From sequence record PV037725.1: a stretch of DNA of 64,000 bases; one strand, written 5' to 3'. A program made the position numbers and the translations under genes. The notes under the pieces were generated by a model, which ran no database searches, was not told the origin of the DNA, and saw only the letters and a list, made by a program, of their open reading frames with translations. Of this stretch, positions 8,491-16,340 are shown one piece after another (within the stretch, counting starts at the first letter, position 1; each line of letters starts with the position of its first letter).

Positions 8491-8934
8491 ATGAGTACAC
8501 TGAATCCGATTCGAGTAGAGCACGAGGCTATCTACGGTTACTTTGTAGATCGTCAAGAGAATGGTCAATTCGATCGTTATAACCCGGACATGCAATCGTT
8601 CATCAACCGCGTATGGAACCAGAATCTCGGTACGGTAGCTGCTATGTCACATAGTGGTATTGGTGCCGACCTGACTAATGGTTTCGTTCAGTTCGTAGCT
8701 GGTGACCCCACAATGATGGTTCGTCTGCAATCGTGGCTGAGCGATGTCCGTGATGCGTTGCCGCGTAAAGATCAACCCACAATCGAGATCCGTAGTAAGA
8801 CCGTTCCTAAGAACGTACTTACTGGGGAAAATCCAGCTACTCATCATCTGACGGTTATGTTTCGATCCCCACGGTTCCATTCCAAGGATCAAGCTAATGC
8901 ATGGTGGAGTAATCTGGTCCAATCTTATAACTAA
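8491..8934 (+). CDS. hypothetical protein
   Basis: AAGGA RBS; 147 aa. Confidence 0.7.
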   Translation: MSTLNPIRVEHEAIYGYFVDRQENGQFDRYNPDMQSFINRVWNQNLGTVAAMSHSGIGADLTNGFVQFVAGDPTMMVRLQSWLSDVRDALPRKDQPTIEIRSKTVPKNVLTGENPATHHLTVMFRSPRFHSKDQANAWWSNLVQSYN

Positions 8935-8949
8935 GCATTGGAGCCTGCC

Positions 8950-9396
8950 ATGAAAGCAGTTTTGATTAAAGGCAATCCCCGGTTTACCCGTGTGGAAGAA
9001 GCCAAAGAGTATTACCGAGAGATCGCTGAGTTCATGGAAGGATTAAGCGTAGAAGTAATTGAAGACGAAGGTAAGCCTGAGACGTGTCCACCTAAGGCAG
9101 ACTTCTACGTAGCTCATTCACGTGGTTGCGATAGACGAATCTGTTTTGAAGGGCGGGGTAGTCCTGAGCTTTCTAGGTTCATCGAGTTTGGCGTACCTGG
9201 TGGAATAATTCATCCGGTGGATCAGGCATGGTGGGACGACGGTCGTAAAGGGATTCCACCACGTGAGCATTTCGTATTTACGGCTGACCAAAAACTGGCT
9301 ATCCAGAATATGGTTGATTTCATCCGTAAGGCTACCACCCCAGTACCGATTCAGCAATCTCGCCAGTCTGCATCACGTAGACCAGGTGTAAGGTAA
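8950..9396 (+). CDS. minimal alpha/beta-hydrolase-like protein
   Basis: GGAG RBS, ATG at 8950; nucleophile-elbow-like AHSRG motif. Confidence 0.45.
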   Translation: MKAVLIKGNPRFTRVEEAKEYYREIAEFMEGLSVEVIEDEGKPETCPPKADFYVAHSRGCDRRICFEGRGSPELSRFIEFGVPGGIIHPVDQAWWDDGRKGIPPREHFVFTADQKLAIQNMVDFIRKATTPVPIQQSRQSASRRPGVR

Positions 9397-9400
9397 CACG

Positions 9401-9434
9401 GCATAAAGCCCCTCCGCAAGGAGGGGCAATATGT
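9401..9434. terminator. bidirectional terminator, GCCCCTCC hairpin family
   Basis: GCATA-AA-GCCCCTCC-GCAA-GGAGGGGC-AA-TATGT between convergent genes. Confidence 0.8.
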
Positions 9435-9446
9435 TGTATTTCTTTT

Positions 9447-9869
9447 TTAGATCTGTTTGTCACGCTGAAGTTGTGAAGCCTTAGCCCACACCTTTTGCCA
9501 TAGGTCAACTCGCTCGCGAACTACCATTCCACCACCACGCACTACGTTTACATGTGGGTTGAGATCTGGGGAGTCTACACCTTCCAGTCGAAGGTTCTCT
9601 ATAAGCTCATCACAGCGTGATTGACCGAATGGGGTCAGTGACGGATAGAGGCGTTCCCAAAAGTCTTTGTAGAAGTCCACAGGTACCGACCAGCGCCACC
9701 CACGGTTACGCCAGTCAATTCGGAAGTAACGACGATAACCATGGAACCCACCGCCAGCGCGCCACATCTCATTACCGGGTTCGTTTACCAAACGTTCCAG
9801 TTGGATGGTGCCCAAAACTGGGAAGAAATAGAACAGGATATTACGGAAGCTTTCGATCAGTTGTTTCAT
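9447..9869 (-). CDS. hypothetical protein
   Basis: 140-aa ORF directly downstream of the radical SAM gene. Confidence 0.65.
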   Translation of the reverse strand: MKQLIESFRNILFYFFPVLGTIQLERLVNEPGNEMWRAGGGFHGYRRYFRIDWRNRGWRWSVPVDFYKDFWERLYPSLTPFGQSRCDELIENLRLEGVDSPDLNPHVNVVRGGGMVVRERVDLWQKVWAKASQLQRDKQI

Positions 9870-9876
9870 ATAGAAC

Positions 9877-10800
9877 TCACTTAAGGAATGTACCGCAGGA
9901 AGCCTTGACGTCGGTTCCTACGCGTGGTATCAGTTTTACCCTAGCATCGGGTAGGTGTCGTTGGATGAAGCCTTGTAGGTACTTTATATGCCCCTCTACA
10001 GGTTCTTTGGAGTAGTGACCTTCCGGTGGATTATACCGAACGATATTCCAGTTGACTGTAAGACGGAACTTTCGAATAGCTACGATTATTTCCAATACGT
10101 CAGCCATGGAATCATTCTCACCATCAATAAATGCATAGTGGATCTTTGGCGTCTTACCGGTGGTTAGCTGCCAGTTACGCAGTTGTCCCAAAGCATGCAA
10201 TGGGTGATCAGCTTTTGGTAACCATCGCTTACGGAACGTTGGGTTGAAACTATACGCCGAGTAATAGATCTCAGGATAAACTTCTGGATCATTGAAAATC
10301 TCAGTTAGGCTATAACCTTGCATCTCTTTAGGGAAGATAGTCGAGATCAAGAACTTAGCTTCCAAACCCCATTTTTCAGCCATACGTTTAAGACCACGAA
10401 GGATCTCGTCAGCATTCTCAAGGAAGTGCTTGTTAGCAAACGGTTCGCCACGGGCCATGAAATTGAAGTGTACCTTAGTAGCTGAACTACCTTGCTGGTT
10501 ATTACGAACTAGTTCGGCGTAATGGTCAAATACGCGTTCAGCTTGTTCGAAGTATTCCTGTACGGTAACGTCACGTAAATCAGTCTGACCAGTTGCCGTC
10601 AACCAGCACATCCTGCAAGCCTGCTTACAGCCCGTCTGAGAGCTTAGATAAACAATAAAGTAATCGTCTACCCTTTGCACGAAACGGGCCTCTAATCGCC
10701 CAGCATGGTCTTCAAACCGACGTTCGAAGTTAACAGACCGATCCAGCTCAGATCGATGTGTGGTATAGATCAAAGATGACTTATCCATTAGCAGCTTCAC
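9877..10800 (-). CDS. RlmN/Cfr-family radical SAM enzyme (atypical)
   Basis: SSQTGCKQACRMC (CX3CX2C), FMARGEP (cf. MGMGEP), C-terminal DVKASCGTF (cf. DIDAACGQL); alternative ATG at 10788. Confidence 0.85.
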   Translation of the reverse strand: MKLLMDKSSLIYTTHRSELDRSVNFERRFEDHAGRLEARFVQRVDDYFIVYLSSQTGCKQACRMCWLTATGQTDLRDVTVQEYFEQAERVFDHYAELVRNNQQGSSATKVHFNFMARGEPFANKHFLENADEILRGLKRMAEKWGLEAKFLISTIFPKEMQGYSLTEIFNDPEVYPEIYYSAYSFNPTFRKRWLPKADHPLHALGQLRNWQLTTGKTPKIHYAFIDGENDSMADVLEIIVAIRKFRLTVNWNIVRYNPPEGHYSKEPVEGHIKYLQGFIQRHLPDARVKLIPRVGTDVKASCGTFLK

Positions 10801-11050
10801 TCGACTTTAAGGTAAGGTTGTAACTGAATCCGGGTACTTCTTTGATCTCGATCAAGATCTCATGTGGACCCTTAGAATAAAAGTTAATGACTGGTTTGTA
10901 TGGGCTGAACCATTGATCGTAAACCATTTCGTCTAATGCTCTAACCAGATGGTAACCACGTTCGCAGAATAAAACACCGGCGAAATCATCACCGGTGTAA
11001 TAGTTTACCAATCGATCGATAGCATCATTTATCTCACTGATGCTTCTCAT
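10781..11050 (-). CDS. hypothetical protein
   Basis: 89 aa, in minus-strand operon. Confidence 0.65.
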   Translation of the reverse strand: MRSISEINDAIDRLVNYYTGDDFAGVLFCERGYHLVRALDEMVYDQWFSPYKPVINFYSKGPHEILIEIKEVPGFSYNLTLKSSEAANG

Positions 11051-11055
11051 AGGCT

Positions 11056-11370
11056 TTATCCATGGACTACCTCTGCATTAAGGATTGGTACTTTGAACCG
11101 TGGTTTGATTTTGATGTATGGACTGGAGCCCAATTCATCCAGAGTAAGGATCACCTGAATCTCTTTATCGCCTTTCGGGTTAACGCGAATACCGTTCCAC
11201 CCTGGGTAAGACTCGAACAAGCCTACTAACTCGCCCTTGATAATTCGGCAAGCTTGCAGTTGTGTCAGTTCAGGGTCTTCACGAAAGATACGATCTACTT
11301 CAGTAGTGATAGTAGCTGTCCACTTAGCTTCAGTCTCAGCCTTAAGTGCGACGATCTGTTCAATACTCAT
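11056..11370 (-). CDS. hypothetical protein
   Basis: GGAG RBS; 104 aa. Confidence 0.7.
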   Translation of the reverse strand: MSIEQIVALKAETEAKWTATITTEVDRIFREDPELTQLQACRIIKGELVGLFESYPGWNGIRVNPKGDKEIQVILTLDELGSSPYIKIKPRFKVPILNAEVVHG

Positions 11371-11381
11371 TTTTAACTCCG

Positions 11382-11885
11382 TTATTTAATCAAGATCACA
11401 AATGTATCAGGATGGAAGGTTTCAGCAACCCACTTATTAAATTCACCACGTTTCAGGTAACCTGAGCCTATGGTGAATTGTGCATCGTCAACTACCACGA
11501 AGCGCACATTCTTTTTGACGTCTTCGGGTAACTGTTCATTCCATTTCTCAATTGTACCTGCTGAAGATGGTACAAGTGGAAAATAATCAATTTCTTCACG
11601 ATTGGTGATTTCAATATACTTCTGATTCAAGGCGGCACGCATCTTCGTGTCCTTGGATATCAGAATACACTCATCTGGATGATTGGACATCCACTTGAGT
11701 GCACCTTGGGTAATACCGCATTGACGACCGGCCATCAAACCAATAGTTTTACAATCATTAACTTCCCAAGCTGGATCACTACTGCGCCATTCTTTACCCC
11801 AGCGGTTCCAGCGATCACGGGTAATGACTTCTAAAGCATCGATCATACCGACAATGTCAGCATAAGGTGTAATGTATTGACTCAT
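11382..11885 (-). CDS. degenerate P-loop/terminase-ATPase-like protein
   Basis: AGRQCGIT (Walker A-like, no Lys) and FVVVDD (Walker B-like). Confidence 0.5.
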   Translation of the reverse strand: MSQYITPYADIVGMIDALEVITRDRWNRWGKEWRSSDPAWEVNDCKTIGLMAGRQCGITQGALKWMSNHPDECILISKDTKMRAALNQKYIEITNREEIDYFPLVPSSAGTIEKWNEQLPEDVKKNVRFVVVDDAQFTIGSGYLKRGEFNKWVAETFHPDTFVILIK

Positions 11886-11955
11886 ATTTCATACTCTTTA
11901 GTTAAGTGTTTCAATCTAGGTGGCTTCACCTACACTATCATACCAGTGAGTATTT

Positions 11956-11995
11956 ATTAGAACCCATTTAACCACTATATTACATTGGTGAATCT
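11956..11995 (+). promoter_or_regulatory. early phage promoter (TATATTAC at 11976-83)
   Basis: ATTAGAACCCATTTAACCACTATATTACATTGGTGAAT; matches phiKZ early consensus and the other copies here. Confidence 0.8.
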
Positions 11996-12012
11996 AACCA
12001 AAGGAGTTTGTA

Positions 12013-12492
12013 ATGCGTAATGTAATCATGCTGGTTCTGGCTGTATTCGGTTTTACTAATATGGCTATGGCCACCACGACGAGTGATCCACAATATGTGT
12101 ATCAGTTTGATCTGAACGCTCCACGTGTTGAAACGTACATCACCAAGGAAGTATGCAACCAAGTGGGTCAAGCTGCCGGTTACATTCGAGATATGGTGGA
12201 TAAGGATCAATCTGATCGTCAGATTAAGTCTGTACTTTATAAATCGGTGATGTCGAATCTAGATGATAAAACAGGTGTAACGGTTTATCATCTGTTGCTG
12301 TCAGCTGGCTTCATTGACCAAGTACGTGAGATAAAGACCACCTCTTTCTATCGTGATATCCACGCAGCTGAGAAGTCGTTGAGTGTTAGAACCATTACTG
12401 ATGTCTGGGCTAATGCAACCTGCCAGACTTTGATTGGCACTACCATTAAAGAAATCCGCGTACTCCGTGTTAAGAAGGGTACACCCCTGTAA
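12013..12492 (+). CDS. secreted/periplasmic hypothetical protein
   Basis: AAGGAG RBS; signal-peptide-like N-terminus ending AMA. Confidence 0.7.
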   Translation: MRNVIMLVLAVFGFTNMAMATTTSDPQYVYQFDLNAPRVETYITKEVCNQVGQAAGYIRDMVDKDQSDRQIKSVLYKSVMSNLDDKTGVTVYHLLLSAGFIDQVREIKTTSFYRDIHAAEKSLSVRTITDVWANATCQTLIGTTIKEIRVLRVKKGTPL

Positions 12493-12493
12493 C

Positions 12494-12528
12494 GCAATAA
12501 AGCCCCTCCGCAAGGAGGGGCTTTATGC
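12494..12528. terminator. bidirectional terminator, GCCCCTCC family
   Basis: TAAAGCCCCTCC-GCAA-GGAGGGGCTTTA, U-tract downstream. Confidence 0.8.
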
Positions 12529-12544
12529 TGTTTCTTTTTTTTTG

Positions 12545-13066
12545 TTAAGCGGCTTCATTACAGATAACGAAACCGTCGAAGTTGATTACATCGGCAAGCC
12601 AATCATAAAACTTCGCCCTACGTACCAACTTAAAGAAAGCGTTGGTGTTCTGAATGTAGACTCTACTAATCGGGGAACCAAAGATATCGTAACCTGAACC
12701 GATATAATTAGCTAGTTCATTATGGGTGATTATCCGGCGAACAACACTCCGTGGTAAACTCGTGTCATCGCAGGTCTCACCTGTCATAATGTAGCGCCGG
12801 TTAAAGTTGTAACTACTCCGCAGGCTTTCCCTTACTGTTTGGTTAGGTACTACCAGAATAGCATCGTCGTACTTTAGGAAGTCTGAGTGTGTCCAGAAAG
12901 TAGCACCGCATTGTCGTGGGGCTTTAAAGGCTATAGTCTTGAAGTCACGCAACCATTTTGCTAGATCATCACGTAACCCGCAATCATCACGCATCTGTGG
13001 ACGTTTGTTGATCTGTTCAATCATGCCATCAACGAATCCCTGTATGGATTCAATATGTGGATACAT
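12545..13066 (-). CDS. degenerate P-loop/terminase-ATPase-like protein
   Basis: APRQCGAT motif; paralogue of 11382..11885. Confidence 0.5.
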   Translation of the reverse strand: MYPHIESIQGFVDGMIEQINKRPQMRDDCGLRDDLAKWLRDFKTIAFKAPRQCGATFWTHSDFLKYDDAILVVPNQTVRESLRSSYNFNRRYIMTGETCDDTSLPRSVVRRIITHNELANYIGSGYDIFGSPISRVYIQNTNAFFKLVRRAKFYDWLADVINFDGFVICNEAA

Positions 13067-13085
13067 TGTTATTACCTCTCATGCG

Positions 13086-13112
13086 AAATAAAACCCTCCC
13101 GAAGGAGGGCTT
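13086..13112 (-). terminator. terminator of the tRNA-Leu transcript
   Basis: Minus strand GCCCTCC-TTCG-GGAGGGT-TTTATTT. Confidence 0.75.
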
Positions 13113-13119
13113 AGGAATA

Positions 13120-13204
13120 TGGTGCCGGGAGCGGGGGTCGAACCCGCATGACCTTCGTCGGCGGATTTTAAGTCCGCTGCGTCTACCACTTTCACCATCC
13201 CGGC
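13120..13204 (-). tRNA. trnL: tRNA-Leu (TAA)
   Basis: Cloverleaf with long variable arm, anticodon arm GCGGA-CTTAAAA-TCCGC, GTTCGAC T-loop, encoded CCA. Confidence 0.95.
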
Positions 13205-13488
13205 GTTGTGTGCTGAGCGAACTCAGCACGACGGACTACACTGGTCCGTTGCAGCCCATGATACCTTGGGGAAGGGTGCTCTAAGATCATCAAGCGGATG
13301 GACCTAGAACCTGCATCGTCAGGCGTTCAGTCTATCAGGGTGCGGGTCAGCGATTTCCTCTAGGCTACTCTATTCCGATGTGTCGAGTAGATTCAACAAG
13401 GTCTATAGTTTAATCCACTATTCTGCAATCTTCGACCCAAGTTTGGGGGATTGGGGACAGGTTTCATGGACGAGTGTATTTCTACACA
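13205..13488 (-). ncRNA. candidate structured ncRNA B (~285 nt) upstream of tRNA-Leu
   Basis: GTGTA-GAAA-TACAC 5' hairpin; GTGCTGAG-TTCG-CTCAGCAC 3' hairpin; long-range 5'/3' helices; TATG at start; no credible ORF. Confidence 0.65.
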
Positions 13489-13507
13489 TACTATCTACAT
13501 CTGGGTA

Positions 13508-14083
13508 TTACTTTACCAAGTCGCCCCAGCGTGGATCGAATCCAATCAATTCTTCCCGTGTGAGTTCTCGGAGGCGCCATGCTTGAACTGTATCGTGCTT
13601 AATGGTGTCATCATATCCGGAGAACATGTAACCACCACGTCGATGTACAGCTTTGTCAATACCGATTTCAGCTTCTTCACCTGTTTGAATCAACACTGCG
13701 GACCGTTGAGTCTGACGGAAGCTACTGCGTTTAAGCCCCATTACCCGAAGTGGTGCGGATTCATAGTGTTTATGAATCTCAATAGCCGCAGGTAGTAACC
13801 GACGCAGCTCAAAAATGTAGCTATCGATTACATCCATCTTGTCAAGTTCGGCCAGCAATTCTTCTGGAAATGCGTAGAAGCCTTCATATGGGTGGCCACC
13901 TACATCGACTAGAAATCCAGTGGGTTCCAATCGAGCGTAAAAGTCATCATACGTAATACACTCTTTAAAGTGGTAGTCTGTAACACTATCAGGGTGCGCT
14001 GTGACTGTGATAGTCAGATCACCTTTGGTGAGTGTAATTGGGCCATTTTTATCAATGTAGCGACGTACAGTTATATGTTGCAT
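13508..14083 (-). CDS. hypothetical protein
   Basis: AAGG RBS; 191 aa. Confidence 0.7.
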   Translation of the reverse strand: MQHITVRRYIDKNGPITLTKGDLTITVTAHPDSVTDYHFKECITYDDFYARLEPTGFLVDVGGHPYEGFYAFPEELLAELDKMDVIDSYIFELRRLLPAAIEIHKHYESAPLRVMGLKRSSFRQTQRSAVLIQTGEEAEIGIDKAVHRRGGYMFSGYDDTIKHDTVQAWRLRELTREELIGFDPRWGDLVK

Positions 14084-14152
14084 GGTATTACCTTTTGGGA
14101 AGTGGCTTCGTCTTGGTGACGTGCCTTCAATAAATAACCTATGCGAGTATTA

Positions 14153-14749
14153 TTAACCTACAAACTTACGTGCATCTTTTTCGTTGTCATAGAAAGTACA
14201 GCTATAGTCGGACCATAGATTAGAAGAAGGATCATGTTTCCAACCTTTAGCTTTGTCACCCAACTGTTCTTTTAGGTTTGCTACAGCCTCTGAGAAACTA
14301 TAACCAACACCCTTACCCAGCAATCGTGCTTTCTCATGGTTCCCGTTGTCTTGCCAGCCTTCCATCCATACTTCAAACTCCCGTAGTTTCAATACGGTGG
14401 TTCGCTGTTCTTGCAGGACTTGTATGACTTGGTCAAAATCAGTGTAACCCAAAGAAGTTAGAGTGCGAATCAAAGCGCGTTGGGCTTCACCGTCTTTAAG
14501 GAGTTCCACTAGAGGTTCGTCAACAATCATCAGACCACCTAGAGCAATGATGTTGGCTAACTGCTGGACCTTCATCCATTCGCCTTTAGGATCGATTACA
14601 GGCTCTCCTGTAGGTGGTGGAGCATGTCGGTCAAGGATGATACCAGGTGGTTTGATGGTGTAGCGGGTCAAACGTTTAAATACGTTAGTATGGTCCAAGT
14701 TAACTTCGGTAGTAAAGTCTTGGTCCATGGGTGTAAAAGTCTGTGTCAT
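14153..14749 (-). CDS. hypothetical protein
   Basis: 198 aa; C-terminal WMEG...F.EA...YDNEKDAR module. Confidence 0.7.
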   Translation of the reverse strand: MTQTFTPMDQDFTTEVNLDHTNVFKRLTRYTIKPPGIILDRHAPPPTGEPVIDPKGEWMKVQQLANIIALGGLMIVDEPLVELLKDGEAQRALIRTLTSLGYTDFDQVIQVLQEQRTTVLKLREFEVWMEGWQDNGNHEKARLLGKGVGYSFSEAVANLKEQLGDKAKGWKHDPSSNLWSDYSCTFYDNEKDARKFVG

Positions 14750-14952
14750 ACTAAAAGGCCCTTTGGAATTATTTCTATAGTGGTGTCAGTTGCATCAATC
14801 CAAACGTCTTTACTGTTATGGATATCGGCGAAGCAAACCTTACCACAGCTACATTGATACAGGTTATAGTTGTAATCGGGTTCGATCTGCTGGTTGCGAT
14901 CGTCGCATCCAACATAGTCCATGGTTTCGCCACATCTACAAATTTTACTCAT
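14746..14952 (-). CDS. small zinc-ribbon-like protein
   Basis: CRC..C and CSC..C clusters; ATGA overlap. Confidence 0.6.
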   Translation of the reverse strand: MSKICRCGETMDYVGCDDRNQQIEPDYNYNLYQCSCGKVCFADIHNSKDVWIDATDTTIEIIPKGLLV

Positions 14953-15140
14953 GGGTTTCTGATCCCGTAATCAATTACACGATTGAGTTGTTCCTGGGTT
15001 GGAATACGTTGGCGATGACGTTCAGCGCATTCTTCATCGAATTTCTTTATGCGTAATCGCTGAGCTTCGATTTGTTCAGGTGTCATGGGTGGAGGTGTCC
15101 AACCACTACGACTTAACTCAATTAGTTTTTTAATAGTCAT
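14949..15140 (-). CDS. small paralogue array member 6
   Basis: MTIKKLIE...PTQEQLNRVI; ATGA coupling. Confidence 0.7.
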   Translation of the reverse strand: MTIKKLIELSRSGWTPPPMTPEQIEAQRLRIKKFDEECAERHRQRIPTQEQLNRVIDYGIRNP

Positions 15141-15310
15141 AGGCTGATCACCTTATTCAATAACTCTTCAGTGACGATCGAGTCATTGAATTCTTTAGAC
15201 AAACGTTTGTTGAGTTCTTGCATATTGTGTCGACGAATCTCTTCGAATGCAGCTTGTTCTTCTGGGGTATATTTGCTACGGGCTTGTTCGATCAGTTGCT
15301 CTAGTGTCAT
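15137..15310 (-). CDS. small paralogue array member 5 (57 aa, not in ORF track)
   Basis: MTLEQLIEQARSKYTPEEQ...VTEELLNKVISL; ATGA coupling. Confidence 0.7.
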   Translation of the reverse strand: MTLEQLIEQARSKYTPEEQAAFEEIRRHNMQELNKRLSKEFNDSIVTEELLNKVISL

Positions 15311-15471
15311 AGATCAATCACTCGATTTAACATCTCAGGTGTTACACGTTGGCGTTCAGCTTGCCGTTTTAATATTAAGGTCATCAGTCTAGTCCGAGCA
15401 CGTGTCTTACGTAGGAACTCTTCATGCGAACTATAACCCATAACTTTCCAACAGGTGGGTTCTCTAGTCAT
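15307..15471 (-). CDS. small paralogue array member 4 (54 aa, not in ORF track)
   Basis: MTREPTCWK...VTPEMLNRVIDL; ATGA coupling. Confidence 0.65.
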   Translation of the reverse strand: MTREPTCWKVMGYSSHEEFLRKTRARTRLMTLILKRQAERQRVTPEMLNRVIDL

Positions 15472-15647
15472 AGACTACAACTCCTATTTAATAGCTCATT
15501 TGAGGGTTGCTTCAATTGAGCTTTGCGTTCAAGCTCTTTATCAAACACATGTTGTCGTTCACGGACTGAGTCGATTCGAGCTTTTACTTCTGGGTCATTC
15601 ATATCAACTGACGTATCGGCAAGTTTGATGAGCGCGCTTAATGTCAT
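15468..15647 (-). CDS. small paralogue array member 3
   Basis: MTLSALIK...PSNELLNRSCSL; ATGA coupling. Confidence 0.7.
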   Translation of the reverse strand: MTLSALIKLADTSVDMNDPEVKARIDSVRERQHVFDKELERKAQLKQPSNELLNRSCSL

Positions 15648-15826
15648 AGTGTACACCTTCGATTAAGTAGTTCTTCATTTGGCACCAACCCACGTTCCAG
15701 TTCGACATAACGTCGATCCAGCTCGTCTAAACGAACCTGTGTTTCACGTAGCCGTTCCATACGTGCTGCGCGTGTCTCTTTTGAACGACGGTATTCGGTA
15801 AGATCCTGTATTGCCTTTAGGGTCAT
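15644..15826 (-). CDS. small paralogue array member 2
   Basis: MTLKAIQD...PNEELLNRRCTL; ATGA coupling. Confidence 0.7.
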   Translation of the reverse strand: MTLKAIQDLTEYRRSKETRAARMERLRETQVRLDELDRRYVELERGLVPNEELLNRRCTL

Positions 15827-15993
15827 AGAGTGCACCTCTTATTCAATACTTCTTCGGTCATTCGTTGGGCTACTTGCTGACGCAGTAATCTTAGGTTTAA
15901 AGCCTGCATGCGTTCACGGGCAATGTCATTACGCTTAACTGGATCGGGAGATACACGGTTCATAATTCGCTCAAGTAAGTTTTCTGATAACAT
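15823..15993 (-). CDS. small paralogue array member 1 (56 aa, not in ORF track)
   Basis: GAGG RBS; MLSENLLE...MTEEVLNKRCTL. Confidence 0.7.
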   Translation of the reverse strand: MLSENLLERIMNRVSPDPVKRNDIARERMQALNLRLLRQQVAQRMTEEVLNKRCTL

Positions 15994-16000
15994 TTTAACC

Positions 16001-16261
16001 TCAGTGCATCATCATGCTACCTACACAGTGACAATTGCATAGACAGATATCGTGGATATTACCATCTGGGTCGACGGCTTTCTCTGGTGCAGGAAATTCA
16101 CCCGACTGTTTAAATCGGCGCTTAGCCCAGTCCGAAGTAGAGTCTTGAATCTTAACTAACTTAGTGCCCGGCGGATAATGCTTCTCCAGGAACCCCTCAT
16201 GGAGTTTGCCGTCTTCAGTCATATACGGAGCACTACTATTATAGTTACAACATGCGATCAT
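16001..16261 (-). CDS. Cys-rich hypothetical protein
   Basis: GAGGG RBS; N-terminal CC and C-terminal CLCNCHC. Confidence 0.6.
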   Translation of the reverse strand: MIACCNYNSSAPYMTEDGKLHEGFLEKHYPPGTKLVKIQDSTSDWAKRRFKQSGEFPAPEKAVDPDGNIHDICLCNCHCVGSMMMH

Positions 16262-16312
16262 GATTAAACCCTCTGTTAGATATAGTAGTTGCATTGTAGT
16301 AAATCTTAGACG

Positions 16313-16340
16313 GCATAAAGAAACCCCGAAGGGTTTCTAA
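16313..16340 (-). terminator. terminator of the tRNA-Ser/ncRNA C transcript
   Basis: Minus strand AGAAACCC-TTCG-GGGTTTCT-TTATG. Confidence 0.75.

Noticed and set aside
13303-13364. Hammerhead-like core in ncRNA B (GAAA at 13354-57, CTGACGA at 13316-22, minus strand)
   Set aside because: Stem I cannot form beyond about 1 bp, and 6 nt intervene before stem II. CTGACGA more likely sits in a local hairpin. A self-cleavage assay would settle it.
13340-13365. GAGGAAA resembling the RNase P RNA CR-I element
   Set aside because: It continues TCGC rather than GTCC, and no CR-V (ACANAA...GCTTA) partner was found.
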